Part shown: one piece after another, positions 12,633 to 25,826 of the stretch | Layout: each line of letters opens with the position of its first letter | Position numbering within the stretch: the stretch's first letter is position 1 | Assembly: GCA_047967505.1 (NCBI GenBank) | Contig: CM106538.1 | DNA: 64,000 nucleotides | Source of the DNA: Dipteris shenzhenensis | Taxonomy: Eukaryota | Direction: 5' to 3' (one strand) | Made by a program: the position numbers and the translations under genes | The notes under the pieces: generated by a model | What the model was told of the DNA's origin: nothing | The model's input: only the letters and a program-made list of their open reading frames with translations | The model's database searches: none

Positions 12633-14083
12633 AGATGTCATCACACCAAGACTAAAATTCGGACATCCTAAGTTTCTCGGTAGTCCAAGATAGGTAGAAG
12701 GAGAGGGTGGGGAGAATTCAATACTTGAGCCAAATGTTCAGCACCGAATAAACTTGCAATTCTTTGTTGATAGTTTATCTTCAGACCAAAAAGAATTACA
12801 ACTTGAAACTCGAAATGAGGCAGAAAAGGTTGATTGGGTACAAATGGATTCCTTGGTCGAAACATTACCAACCATAGCTGAGGCTTAGAAATCTTTGTAG
12901 TGAGATTGAGAATAAACCATTCAAGACGAGCTTATCTTCAGGAATTAACAAGCAGATGCGCCAAATCTCCCTCCAAGCTTGGGGAGCATCCCACCCTTCG
13001 ATGAAAGACACCCTTTTAATTACCTCCAAAGCAGCAAGTAGCTCAATCACCGCACAATGAGTGGAATTAAAATCAAAGTTCTCCCAGCGAATCAATAGTT
13101 CTTCACCTTGAACCAACCATGATTATCATCACACCCGTCATCTCCTTGAACAATGCACTAGACAATCAGCCGTTGAAGATCGACATGAAGATCAAGAAAG
13201 AGATCTCGCCAATTGTTAGCCGTAATGAGCGGAGGACCAGGCACCAAATCCTTAAACTCGTCGAGAAGTTACTAAATATCCACTCTCCTCTTGTGGCGTG
13301 CGTCGTGTGCGTTCGTGAAGTGGACTTGAAAAATTTCCGAATCGACGATCTAGCACGAGATGTGAATAGAGCACATGAAATGAAGTACTTTTACTTTTTA
13401 CATCAAGAGTAAACTCCCCACGGTTAGAGAGTTACAGTTCCCGAGATTTCATATAAATAAAAATCATTACATTTTCATCACTTCCAACTTGTTGGCCCAA
13501 TGATAAGTCTCCCTTTTATGAAGGGGGAGGTCTTGGGTTCAAATCCTATTCTTTAATAAAAAGAGAGGAGAGGAGAGGAGAAGGAGAAGAGAAAGAGAAG
13601 GAGAAGAAGAACAAGGAGAGAAGAGTGAGGAGCGCAGAATCTGCTGTTACAGTTTTGCAAAAACTCAGAAAAACTGTCCGCGACCAGAAGACGCAGGAGC
13701 CCAGAAAACTGTCGCGCGGGTGAACGAACTAGACGCGCGAAGCGAGAAAACTGTCCGCGATCAGAAGAAGCAGGAGCCTTGAAAACTGTCGCGCGGGTGA
13801 ACACAGTAGACGAGCGAATCGAATGCACGCGTAAGAACTCAAAAGGAGCACAGATGTTACAATTATGCAGATGCGACCGGTACAAGCAGAAGATTTGCCA
13901 ACCAGAATACACGTAGGAACCGTGAGCAGAAATCAGGCAGACTGAAAGTGCAGAAGCGGAGAGGTTTTGCAGCCGTAGGGACAGGGAAGGTACACAGTTT
14001 GGAGATACAAAAGTAAAGAACTGTGCACAGAAGAGACTGCAGAGCCGCACCTAGTTGTAGGAGTAGCAGGTTTTACACAACTA

Positions 14084-14116
14084 GCCGTGGAGATTTCGAT
14101 CTCAGCAGCCACACCA
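14084..14116 (-). other. PBS of element A, complementary to tRNA-His 3' end (bipartite)
   Basis: TGGTGTGGCTGCTG(A)GAT then TCTCCACGGC, 4 nt inside the LTR; compared with plant tRNA-His(GUG) from memory. Confidence 0.75.
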
Positions 14117-14120
14117 TTTC

Positions 14121-15055
14121 TATTAGCTGAAAAAGAAATCAGGACCAAAGACTAGAGGCTAAGCATGGCGACGCTCGAGGGCCATATAGGATAGGAGAAC
14201 GTGAGGGCGAAACGTTATCATCGGAGGAAAAAGGAATTAGAAGGAAAGGGAATGAAGAGGGAGACTATGACACAAGGGAAAAGAGAGAGGGGGAAGAGAA
14301 GCGTGTACATGATGGGAGAAAGAATGTAAAGATGGAGACATCAAGGGAAGAGGACCATGCTTTATTTTGAAAGGAAGGGAAGAGAGAAATCAAAGTACTA
14401 GCTAGGTGGCTTTACAAGAATGAGCGTGTCTCATCAAGAAATAGCCCCCTCCTTTTATAGCCAAGAGAGGGGCTCTCTCCCAATAAATGCATCCTCCCAC
14501 ATGTATGGTGTGTGTGGAAAAGTCTCCCATGTGGGCTAGGCAGTTACGCACTCTCAATTGTGTGCGACAACCCTTTGCCTCATTTTTCCACATAAATCAA
14601 GCCCCATATCTCAAGTCTATGATACTCCCTTGGTCTCTCCCTAATTTTATAATACATTCAAACCTCTAGGAGGACAACTGGAGGATTGGCACAAGGAATC
14701 TTGCCACCTCATCCTACTTTCCCCATTATTTAACTTGCTCTCTTGGACCTTCTATACCTCCCCCACATGAGCCTATACTATATGGAGGGAATAACCCAAT
14801 TTAATATCCATCTCCACCCATTTTATATTACTTCTCCCATGGACTTTGAGACATATCTCACTAAATGCAGCCTAGGTGGAGGGGTGGCACATGGAGAAGC
14901 CATGCTACCTTATATTTTATAATATTACTACCATGCATTATGTACATCACACCTTATGGGTCCTCTTACGTAAAAGGGTGGAACATGGTCATGTCACCTC
15001 AACTCTGGGCCCTGTACACACCATATTTTATTATGCTATTGCCACATACAAACAC
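14121..15055 (-). repeat. 5' LTR of element A, major part (remainder 27775-27824 beyond inserted B)
   Basis: Homologous to 5351-6535; breaks in the (CA)n tract and resumes at 27775 as ACACACACATATTAAT...CCATAACA. Confidence 0.88.
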
Positions 15056-16037
15056 TGTTAAGCATAAAATTGTCTAGAAAAGGCATTAATATGTGTGTGT
15101 GTTTGTATGTGTGGCAATAGTATAATAAATTATGGTGTGCATAGGGCCCAGGGTCGAAGTGGCAGGGCATGACTATGTGCCACCCTTCCACGTAAGAGGA
15201 CCCATAAGGTGTGATGTACATAATCCATGGTAGTAATATTACAAAATATAAGGTGGCATGGCTCCTCGATGTGCCATCCCTCCACCTAGGCTACATTTAG
15301 TGAGATATGGCCCAAAGTCTATGGGAAAAGTAATATAAAATAGGTGGAGATAGATATTATATTGGGTTATTCCCTCCATATAGGATAGGCCCATGTGGGG
15401 TATAGAAGGCCCAAGAGAGCAAGTTAAATAATGGGAAAAGTAGAATGAGATGGCAAGATTCCTTGTGACAACCCTCCACTTGTCCTCCTAGAGCTTTTAA
15501 CATATTATAAATTTGGGAAGAGACCAAGGGAGTATCATAGACTTGAGATATGGGACTTGATTTATGTGGAAAAATGAGGCAAAGGGTTGTCGCATACAAT
15601 TGAGAGTGCGTAACCGCCTAGCCTACATGGGAGACTTTTTCACACACACCATGCATGTGGGAGGATGCATTTATTGGGAGAGACCTCCTCTCTTGGCTAT
15701 AAAACGAGGGGGCTATTCCTTGATGGGACACGCTTTTTCTTGTAAAGCCACCTAGCTAGTACTTTGATTTCTCCCTTCCCTTCCTTTCAAAATAAAGCAT
15801 AGTACTCTTCCCTTGATGTCTCCATCTTTACATTCCCCGTCCCATCATGTACATGCTTCTCTTCCCCCTCTCCCTTTCCCCTTGTGTCATAGTCTCCCTC
15901 TTCATTCCCTCCCCTTCTAATTCCTTTTTCCCTCCCATGATAACGTTTCACCCTCATGTTCTCCTTTCCTCTATTGCCCCCGAGCGTCGCCATGCTTAGC
16001 CTCTAGCCTCTCGTCCTGATTTCTTTTCCGGCTAATA
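15056..16037 (+). repeat. 5' LTR of element B
   Basis: Reverse complement of the A LTR; starts TGTTAAGC, ends GCTAATA followed by GAAA and TGGTGTG PBS. Confidence 0.88.
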
Positions 16038-17419
16038 GAAATGGTGTGACTGCTAGGATTGAAATCTCCACGGCTAGTAGTGTAAAACCTGTTACTCCTA
16101 CGACTGGGTGCGGCTCTGCAGTCTCTTCCGTGCACAATTCTCTACTTTTTCACCTCCAAACTGTGTACCTTCCCTTTTCCTACGGCTGCAAAACCTCCCT
16201 GCTTCTGCACTTTCAATCTGTCTGCTTTCTGCTCACGGTTCCTACATGTATTCTGACCGGCAAATCTTCTGCTCGTACCGATCGCATCTGCAGAACTCTA
16301 ACATCTGTGCTCCTTCTGAGTTTCTGCGTGCGCATTCGATTCGCGTGTCTACTGTGTTCACCCATGCGACAGTTTTCTGAGCTCTTACGTCTTTTGATCG
16401 CGGACAATTTTTCTGAGTTTCTGCAAGACTGTAACAGTAGATCTCGCGCCCCTCCCTCTCTTCTCTTCTTCTTCTCCTTCTCTTTCTCTTCTCCTTCTCC
16501 TCTCCTCTCCTCTCCTCTCTTTTTATTAAAGAGTAAGATTGAACCCAAGACCTCCCCCTTCACAAAAGGGAGACTTATCATTGGGCCAACAAGTTGGAAG
16601 CGATGAAAATGTAATGATTTTTGTTTATATATTGAAATCTCCGGAACTGTAACTCTCTAACCGTGGGGAGTTTACTCTTGCTGTAAAAAGCAAAAGTACT
16701 CCATTTCATATGCTCTATTCACATCTCGTGCTAGACCGCCGATTCGAAACTTTTTCAAGTCCACTTCACGGACGCATGCCACATGAGGAGAGTGGATATT
16801 TATGTCACTTCTCGACGAGTTTAAGGATTTGGTGCCTGGTCCTCCACTCATTACGGCTACCAATTAGGGAGATCTCTTTCTTGATCTTCACGTCGACTTT
16901 CACAGCTAATTGTCCAGTGCATTGTTCAAGGAGACGACGGGTGGGATGATAGACCGTGGCTGGTTCAAGGTGAAGAACTATTGATTCACTGGGAGAACTT
17001 TGATTTTAATTCTACTCATTGTGTAGTGATCGAGCCACTTGCTGCTTCGAAGGTAATTAAAAGGATGTCCTTCATCGAAGGGTGGGATGCTCCCCAAGCT
17101 TGGAGGAAGATTTGGCGCATCTGCTTGTTAATTCCTGTGGATAAGCTCGTCTTGAATGGTTTATTGTCAGGCCTCGGCTATGGTTGATAACGTTTCGACC
17201 AAGGAATCCATTTGTACCTAATCAACCTTTTGTGCCTCATTTCGAATTTCAAGTTGTAATTCTTTTTTGTCTAAAGATAAACTATCAACAAATGATTGCA
17301 AGTTTATTTTGTGCTGAACATTTGGCTCAAGTGTTTAATTCTCCCCACCCTCTCCTTCTACTTATCTTGGACTACCAAGAAACTTGGGATGTCCGAATTC
17401 TAGTCTTGGTGTGATGATA

Positions 17420-17800
17420 TCTTGGATCCTTCAATTTGATCGAGCTTACAAACCTTCGACCAAGGCTCGTTGCGTGAGTGTGAAGCTCACTTCACCGAGT
17501 GGTGAGGAGTATTGTTATAGAAAGTCTGCACCTACAAGTACTTGCAATCAAGCTCAGTACTCGACGCTCATTTTTGGGCTACAAAAGACACAAGAACATC
17601 ACGTCAAGCAACTTGAAGTGCAAGCAGATTCTCAACTAGTGTGTGAACAAGTTAGTGGAAGGTGGAAGGTGCGGAGCAAAGGCTTGGTTCCACAACATCA
17701 ACAAGCATTGAAACTTTGCAACCAATTTGAAGAGGTAAAACTTCAGCATATCCCTCGAGCTCGAAATCTAGTTGCTGATTTCTTGACATATGAAGCTTGT
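17420..17800 (+). pseudogene. Additional RNase HI domain upstream of gag in element B
   Basis: WILQFDRA, TCNQAQYSTLIFGL, QADSQLVCEQVSGRWKV, HIPRARNLVADFL within ORF 17384-17905. Confidence 0.9.
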
Positions 17801-18381
17801 ACTTCAATCACGCATGACGCAAGTGGAAGCACCACCCCAACAAAGCTGCAAGCAACGAAGGAGGGTGATCATTTGCAAGGAATGCAAAGATTGTGGTCAT
17901 CATGAAACTAAGTGTTGAGCATACTTGATACGAGTTACCGACTTCGGAAGATCATCAGAAAGGTCCTCAAGGACATTGCTCAAAAGAAGGATACTAGACC
18001 GCACATCCCTTGAAGAAATAGCATGGCGACTACAAGAACTGGAAGAAGCTGAAGGTGATGTGCAAGCTCTCCAACTGTTCACATTTGTCATGGCATTCTT
18101 GTTTGCCTTGATGAACCACCTCATGCAGCGCCGTGTCTCTAACCCTCGCTTGTAAAGATGGATGTGATATCATGAGGGTTGGTCCTTTTAAGATTGTCTA
18201 TGTACTATTCTATGCTGAAGATTCTTCCCGTGTAGTATTTCGCAATACACCAGTCGGACCTACCCTGCCTATGTGTGCTTTGTAGATGTATCTTCACCCG
18301 ATTTTCAGTTCAAGCTTCCTCTTTCTATTGTTTGTTCATAGATAAGCCTCGTCTTGCCTCTCTCTTTTCCATCTTTCAAGC

Positions 18382-19456
18382 ATGGCTGATATTCCCGTGT
18401 TTTGTGGACAGGTGGAAGAAAATCCAAATGAGTATCTTCTGGCCTTTAAGCGCCGTTGTGTTTCTCTCAACTTTCTTACTGAAGACAGATGGCTGTTGGT
18501 TCTTCCCACATTTCTAGAAGGTTTGGCTCAAGTGTGGTATGAGAAGCAAGCCGAAGACGTTCGCCAAAGCTGACCAAGGTTGACAGCAGCGATGATTGAG
18601 TATTTCGGCAAAGAAGAGGAGCCGAAGAATGTGTACCTGCAGGTGGCAAACTTGAAGCAGTCAGAAGGTGAGACGGCGCGTCGATATGTGGATCGAGCGA
18701 CCGTGCTCTTGGACCGTTTGATTACCACGCAGAAGCACAATGCCGGATTTCGAGCTGAAATGACTCAGCATGTGTTGAGCTACCGTGTAGCAGGAGCAAG
18801 TGATGAATTCCGCCTCAAGCTTAAATGGGAGAATCCAGAAACTATGGTGCTAGCACATGAGATTGCTCAAAAGTTTGATAAAGTTCAGTCTGACCCCGCT
18901 TCAAAGAAGACGATTGTCCCTCCGCAACCCCCTCAATTACTGCAACAACAATCTGCGGGGTCTAACTCAGGGGCATACCCCCACCCCTCATCAGGGATGT
19001 ATCCACCACCTCCACCTCAAATATATGGTCCTCCCTTAGATGCTTACCCTCAACAAGGTGTATATTCTCACCCTGCCTCGACGATTTTCCCAGCCTCGCC
19101 CACGAGCCCCCCTCCTTTCTACTCGCTCGGCCCCTCCAACTAAAGAGGCTCTCCCTGCAACAGAACCTGGAATCAATGACCCAAGGCCCTAAATGATCTT
19201 CGGCTTGAGATGGTGGGCATCAGAAATCAAGCCAACCGCCCTTCAAGAGACCGTGCTAATGTTGTATGCTACGAGTGCCACCAGAAGGATCATTATCGCA
19301 CGGAATGTCGCAATATTCTAAAAGTGAATCTTCTAAGTGAATCAAACACTGAGGATTCTGACGTAGAGATCCCTGATCTTGGGAAAAGAAGTCGTACCAC
19401 CTCGGACCCCTCTCCAAACCGTGGACCGGGCCGCCCAAGGAAGATGTCCTTAGAGC
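18382..19456 (+). pseudogene. Element B gag (stop and frameshift), interrupted by element C
   Basis: Highly similar to A gag; CYECHQKDHYRTEC knuckle. Confidence 0.9.
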
Positions 19457-20039
19457 TGACACATCCCAGCACTCCTGAAACCTCTGATCTGCAAAACAAA
19501 CACACACCACGTGAGAACTGAGTAGGCTGCTCACCACCCAACCATGACATCTACGGGATGTGATCCCGAATCAGGAGATGTCCCCTCCGAGCCACGAGCT
19601 GAGCTACTGGCACGAACTCCCAATCAGATCCAAACCAGCCTGGTGTCCCATACCACCAGGTGGCACTGTGAAGCCCTGGATCTGCCACTGGGCCTTGGGC
19701 TACGCTAAGATGCAGGCGCGCGTCCGCGACTCAATCTAGGAACAAACCTGGCACCCGGAAACGAAACTTGCTCCCAACTGCACACTGAGAACTGAACCCC
19801 CTGGGCCCCTTTTATAGACTCGGGCCCCGAGCGCCAAAAATAGCGAAGACCTATAAATAGTTCGTACCCTTGCCACTCAACCCGAGAATCAAGCCTGCCT
19901 AGCTCTAAGCCTCCCCAAGCTACCTGAGCTAGTCATGTGTACCTAGCACACGTCAGATACCAATCCGTGTCCGTGCACATGACATACTCCCCTTCCTCTA
20001 AGAACTCACTCCTGAGTTCGCTAAAAAACCCGGGAATGT

Positions 20040-23000
20040 TCTTTGGAGGTTTTGTAATGTCTTCCATGTTGCATCCTCCTCAACACGATCCTTCCACTTG
20101 ATCTTGTATTCCGTGATAGATCGATTGCGAATCTGTCTGTCACGAAATTCAAGAATACTCAGGTTCGTGTGGAATAAAAGTCAAATCTGTAACTTTTATT
20201 ATCTCGTGAGGAGAAACAAGTTGATCATCCGCACCCAAGACTTCTTTCAGTCTACTGACATGAAAGACTGGATGTACTTTAACATCAGAAGGCAATTCTA
20301 GTCGATATGCAACTGGTCCAATTCTTTTAACGACCTTGAAAGGACCACAGTATCTGGGGGATAATTTCGGAACCAAACCAGTACTTAGGCTCTTGGATTC
20401 CTTAGGAATTCGTAAATATACCATCGTTCCTTCAGAGAACTCTCTTGGTGAACGATGTCTATTAGCATAAAATCTGTCTCGATCTTGGGCACTTCTAATA
20501 GACTCCTTGGCAAACTGCAACATTTCCTGCATGTCTAGCAAGAAGTTCTTAGCAGCATCATTTTGAATTCCTTTGAACCCAACCATAACTGGTGACTTAG
20601 GTTGAAACCCGTACATAAGCATAAAAGGACTATAACCAGTACTAGAATGCTTTGCACTGTTGTAAGCAAATTCTATCATAGGGAGATAATCTTCCCATGA
20701 AGACTGTCTCATAGATACATATGCCCGAAGCATGTCTTCAACCAACTGGTTAACCTTCTCTGTACTGCCATCGGATTGTGCATGATCTGAGGAACTCATA
20801 CTTAGAGTAGTTTCTAACTTCTCAAAAACAAGTGTCCAAAAATTACTTGTAAACTTTGAGTCCCTGTCACTAACTATGTTAGATGGCAAACCATACGGCT
20901 TAAACAAGTGGTCCACAAACTCGTGAGCCAGCTGAACAACTGAAATAGTTGTTCCAGTAGGTAAGAATCTAGCCATTTTTGTCAAACGGTCGACTATGAC
21001 CCAAATGGAGTCATGACCCTTGCGCGTTCGAGGCAAACCAGTAATAAAATCCATGGAAATACTTTCCCATTTATTACCTGGAATCTGTAATGGCTGTAAT
21101 AAACCCGCGCTTCTAAGGCGTTCTGCCTTAGTAACCTGACAAACTCGGCAACCTACTACATAGTTCTCAATAAATACACGCATCTTTGGCCAATAGAAGG
21201 TATGCTTCACAAGAGACAGAGTCCTATGTATACCTGGATGTCCAGCACTAGGAGCATCATGACACTCCCAGAGAATCTTGGATTTAAGGTCCGAAACATC
21301 TGGCACACAAATCTTTTTATTCCGGAACAGCAAGCCGTTCCTAATCATCCACTGACCTCCCGCCGCCTGTATCGTAGGTGGCACAATCCCTGAGTCCTGG
21401 TCAACCATGGAGCTCCCATCCTGGACTCTCTGCCAATAAGAATTGAAATGACTATCAGTTGCGTATAGCCCTCTCAAGGATTGAAATAGGTCTGAGGATA
21501 TTTCCGTAAATGACAGAGCATTTACAAACTTAACTCGACTTAAGGCATCCGCCACACTATTCAACGAACCCTTACGATAACGTATTTCAAAATCAAAATC
21601 TTGCATTAATTATGCCCATCGAGCTTTCCATCCCCTCAATTCAGATCCATCACACACATACTTAATTGACTGAAGATCAGTCAATACAAGGAACTTTGAA
21701 CCATACAAGTAGTGTCTCCAAACCTTAAGAGCATACACTACAGCATAAAGTTCCTTCTCGAGTGTGGGCCAACGATATTGAGTGTCGTCTAGCTTCTTAC
21801 TCTCGAAAGCTACAGGTCTGCCTTCTTGGAATAGAGCTACCCCAATCGCATAATCACTCGCATCGGCCTCTAAAACATAAGGCCGGGTAGGATCAGGTAA
21901 TGCAAGAACGGGTGCTTCCTTAATAGAAAACTTCAAGGTTTCAAAAGCCTTGTTCATTGCATCATTCCAAGAGATCGGCTGGCTAGACCTGCGTCCACGA
22001 CCTTTCAATATATTTGTCAATGGTGCCGTGATATGTGAATAATCACGCACAGACTTCCGTAGAAATACCGTAAATCCTAGAAAAGAACGAAGTTGTTTCA
22101 CAGTCTGAGGGATAGGCCATTCTAAAACCTTCTGGATACGATCCAGATCAATGCTAATACCTTCAGAAGAAATCTTGTGTCCTAAGTAAATGATCTCCTT
22201 CATAAAGAAGTCACATTTACTCATCTTGGCATAGAGCTTATGCTGTCTTAGAATAACTAAGACAATCCGCAGGTGTCCTATGTGATGCTCAAGTGTTCTG
22301 CTATATACCAAGATGTCATCTAAGAACACTACAACAAATTTGCCCAGAAAATCCCTGAACAAATCGTTCAACATCTGCTGAAAAGTAGCAGGAGCATTGG
22401 TCAAACCAAAAGGTAATACAAGAAACTCGTAATGACCATACCTAGTTCGGAATGCGGTTCTATCTATGTGTTTAGCATAGATACGGATTTGGTGATAACC
22501 CGTATGCAAATCAATCTTAGTGAAATACTTCGCTCCGGCCAAACGGTCTATCAGATCATCGGAACGCGGTAGAGGGTATCGATTCTTAATTGTCACTTTA
22601 TTTAATCGTTTATAATCTATACACATTCTCCAGGTAGAATCTTTCTTCTTTCTTAAGAGGACAGGTGCACCCCAAGGTGATTTACTTGGGTGTATATAGC
22701 CCATATTCAGGTAATCCTGAAGCTGTAAAGCTAACTCATCCTCCTCTACCTGGCTCATCGTATAAGGTGGTACACTAATAGGTTGAGCCCCTGGGACTAA
22801 ATCTATGCGATGATCTACTGCCCGTTTTGGAGGTAAACCTTCCGGCAGTTGAGCAGGAAATACATCCTTAAAACTATCTAACAACATTCTCAATTCACGG
22901 TGTTCAAACACACTTAAATCATTCTTGTTAATTACAGAAACAACAACAACTCTATTCCGATCAACAAGTCTACATGCTCCAGGTGCATAACATAACACGT

Positions 23001-24380
23001 AAGAACCCCTGTGTAGGCTTGAATCCGGATAGGAAGCGCTTCAACCTTGCGACCCCAAAACTGCTTCCCAGCTGGAAGCTGCACCTCATAGGTGTGGTCG
23101 CTAGGTACTGTGGACAGCCCCATCTTCTGCACAAATTTGTAATTAACAAAGTTGTGAGAGCTGCCCGGATCAAAGAGAATGTGAACCTATTGATCCCTAG
23201 CTTCTCCATAAACTCGGAAAAGATCATGGGAACCAAACAACGAAGTATTGAAAGTACAATTACAAGAGAGTGGGCAGGTAATGACATTTACAGAAATACC
23301 TGTCATCGAGACTTGGTTCGCTCCCTTGGCTGTGGTACGTGGACCCGCCTGGAGCTTCGATCCAAGCACTAACTTTTGATTCTTGCGCTTTGGACACTCA
23401 TTCTTGCTGTGGCCCCGCTCCTCGCAATAGAAGCAACGTCCTTCTTTCTTAAGCCTCAAAGTACGAAGGAAACGGGCTTTACCATTCTTAGCCTGAGTCA
23501 AGTGTTTCTTGGAGGCGTTGTCCGTAGACTTCGTCTCCCCAGTACTAGTCGTAGGCTGAAAGAACTTGCGTTTGTTCTTTCCACTCGTGTCGAAAACTGT
23601 AGTTGCTTTAGCACCGGCCATGGTATCATCATAAATGCGCGCATAATTCATGGCCTCTTGCAACGTTGTGCATTTGTTGTTCTTTATTTGCAACTTGTAT
23701 GAATCTGGCAAACCATCCACGAAGAAACCTAACAAGGTCACTGGATCCATCTTTGTGGCCCTGCTCTGCAGATCCCGAAATCTTTGAAGATAAACTTCAA
23801 AGGACAAGTTTAGCTTTGACATATCGAGGGCTTTAAGCTTGCCAATGATATCATAATTGTCCTCCTTCTTCAGGAACTCCTTCCTGAAGATCCCTTCGAA
23901 ATCTGTCCATGTATCCGGCTTAGGCTGGAGTTCCTTCCACCATAGCAACGCTTCACCTGACATGGACCCGGCTGCAAGCTGGATTTTATTCTCATCTGGG
24001 TATGGGTGGAACTGAAAGTGTACCTGCCACTTGTGTAACCAAGTATCAACTACCTCCTTCGTTCGAGACTTTTGATCTCCCGGAAAAGGGTCTAGAGTTA
24101 TATTCGGACCTAGCATTGAAGCCATGGCATCCACATGCGTGAGTGCCTGCACAGTGCTAGCCAGAAGAGTGAGAGTCGCCTGAATCCCTTGGAGTTGCTG
24201 TGTCAACCCCGTTTGATTTGCATTAACCTGCTCGAATTTTCCATCCAGAGCAATGGTGAATTCATTGAAGGCCTTTTTCGTAATCAGGTCATCATAAAGA
24301 CCCTGATCCTCCTCTCCCACAGGAGTGTAATCCAAATCCTGCTCTCCCATGGTGAACTCGGGATTTGCAGAGTCAGACAT
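20040..24380 (-). pseudogene. Element C gag-PR-RT-RH-IN-chromodomain (a few stops and frameshifts)
   Basis: [63 protein letters not shown]. Confidence 0.94.
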
Positions 24381-24589
24381 AACTGAAATCTGATTTGAAT
24401 ATAAACTAAGAGAAATAACTGACTGAATCGAAGCGCAAAGGAGAATGGAATAGAGGAAAACCGTCCCAAGAGATGCTGACGGAAGGAGATGCTGAAAACT
24501 GGCGAACCCGGAGGCGCAACAATCCCGGATTCTGGCTGAAGTCAATGCTGGATGCAGCGTACGGAATCTTGCAACGATCCGGTATCCTG

Positions 24590-24770
24590 CTGACCGTACA
24601 GGTGACACAGCAGTACGGACGGGTGACGTGGCTGTACGGCAGCTGACGCAGTCCGTACGACAGCTGACGCAGGCCGTACAACAGCCGACGCAGGCTGTAC
24701 AACGACTGACGCTGGCCGTACAGTGGCTGACGCAGGCCGTACGACGGCTGATGACGCAGGTACGGATGGC
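24590..24770. repeat. About 21-bp tandem repeat array in the 5' leader of C
   Basis: Repeated (G)CCGTACRRCAGCTGACGCAG-like units. Confidence 0.85.
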
Positions 24771-25826
24771 TGGCGCAAGTGAGGGATGTTTGCAAAGGCT
24801 ATGGCTGGTGGTTGGAGCCCTGTCCTACTATATAGGGAACAGGGCAGCCTAATTAGGAAGCCCTGCTTCCAAAAAAGGCCCAGCCTCCCAGCTTTGGAGG
24901 GTGGTGCTTTATCGAAAAAAGCAACACACCTCCCAGGGGGTGGCCGCACCCTACTCCTGCACCTTGCGCCTCTCCCTACCCTGCCGAAATCCATACCAGC
25001 CATGGCGTCCAATCTCCGCCTCCCCCGCAGCCCTTGTCAGTCCCTTCGCCTCTCTTTCCTCCTTCTCTGCTCTCTCTCTGCTTCCTACATCCTTCTCTCT
25101 CAGCCCCCTTCAGGAAGTTCGAAATTCTCTCCTTCTTTCTCCTACCTTTTTCCAACATCCTGCCCACCCCTTCTAACCCAAGAACCCAGCAGAATTCTCA
25201 ACAGCAAATTTCGAATTTTAGGGCATACCTGGAGAAAGAATTCGTCAAAAATTCTCGCATCAGAAATTCCTACCTCAGGAGCTGGCTCTGATACCAACTG
25301 ACACGTCCCAGCACTCCTGAAACCTCTGATCTGCAAAACAAACACACACCACGTGAGAACTGAGCAGGCTTCTCACCACCCAACCATGACATCTACGGGA
25401 TGTGATCCCGAATCAGGAGATGTCCCCTCCGAGCCACGAGCTGAGCTACTGGCACGAACTCCCAATCAGATCCAAACCAGCCTGGTGTCCCATACCACCA
25501 GGTGGCGCTGTGAAGCCCTGGATCTGCCACTGGGCCTTGGGCTACGCTAAGATGCAGGCGTGCGTCCGCGATTCAATCTAGGAACAGACTTGGCACCTAG
25601 GAACGAAACTTGATCCCAACTGCACACTGAGAACTGAACCCCCTGGGCCCCTTTTATAGACTCGGGCCCCGAGCGCCAAAAATAGCGAAGACCTATAAAT
25701 AGTTCGTACCCTTGCCACTCAACCCGAGAATCAAGCCTGCCTAGCTCTAAGCCTCCCCAAGCTACCTGAGCTAGTCCTGTGTACCTAGTACACGTCAGAT
25801 ACCAATCCGTGTCCGTGCACATGACA

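Larger units (their letters stand above)
19457..25826 (-). mobile_element. Ty3/gypsy chromovirus C, full length
   Basis: 528-bp TG..CA LTRs at 19457-19984 and 25299-25826, tRNA-iMet PBS 25285-25296, PPT about 19988-19998; degenerate TSD AGAGC/AAAGT. Confidence 0.95.

Noticed and set aside
14084-14116. tRNA-His gene
   Set aside because: Only the 3' portion with CCA is present, adjacent to an LTR; this is a PBS, not a cloverleaf.
17925-18155. env-like gene
   Set aside because: Only a short hydrophobic stretch, located before gag rather than after pol; kept only as a tentative accessory-ORF observation.
24590-24770. CRISPR-like periodic repeats (also 45950-46430)
   Set aside because: Tandem units without unique spacers, no cas genes, located in retrotransposon leaders of a plant genome.
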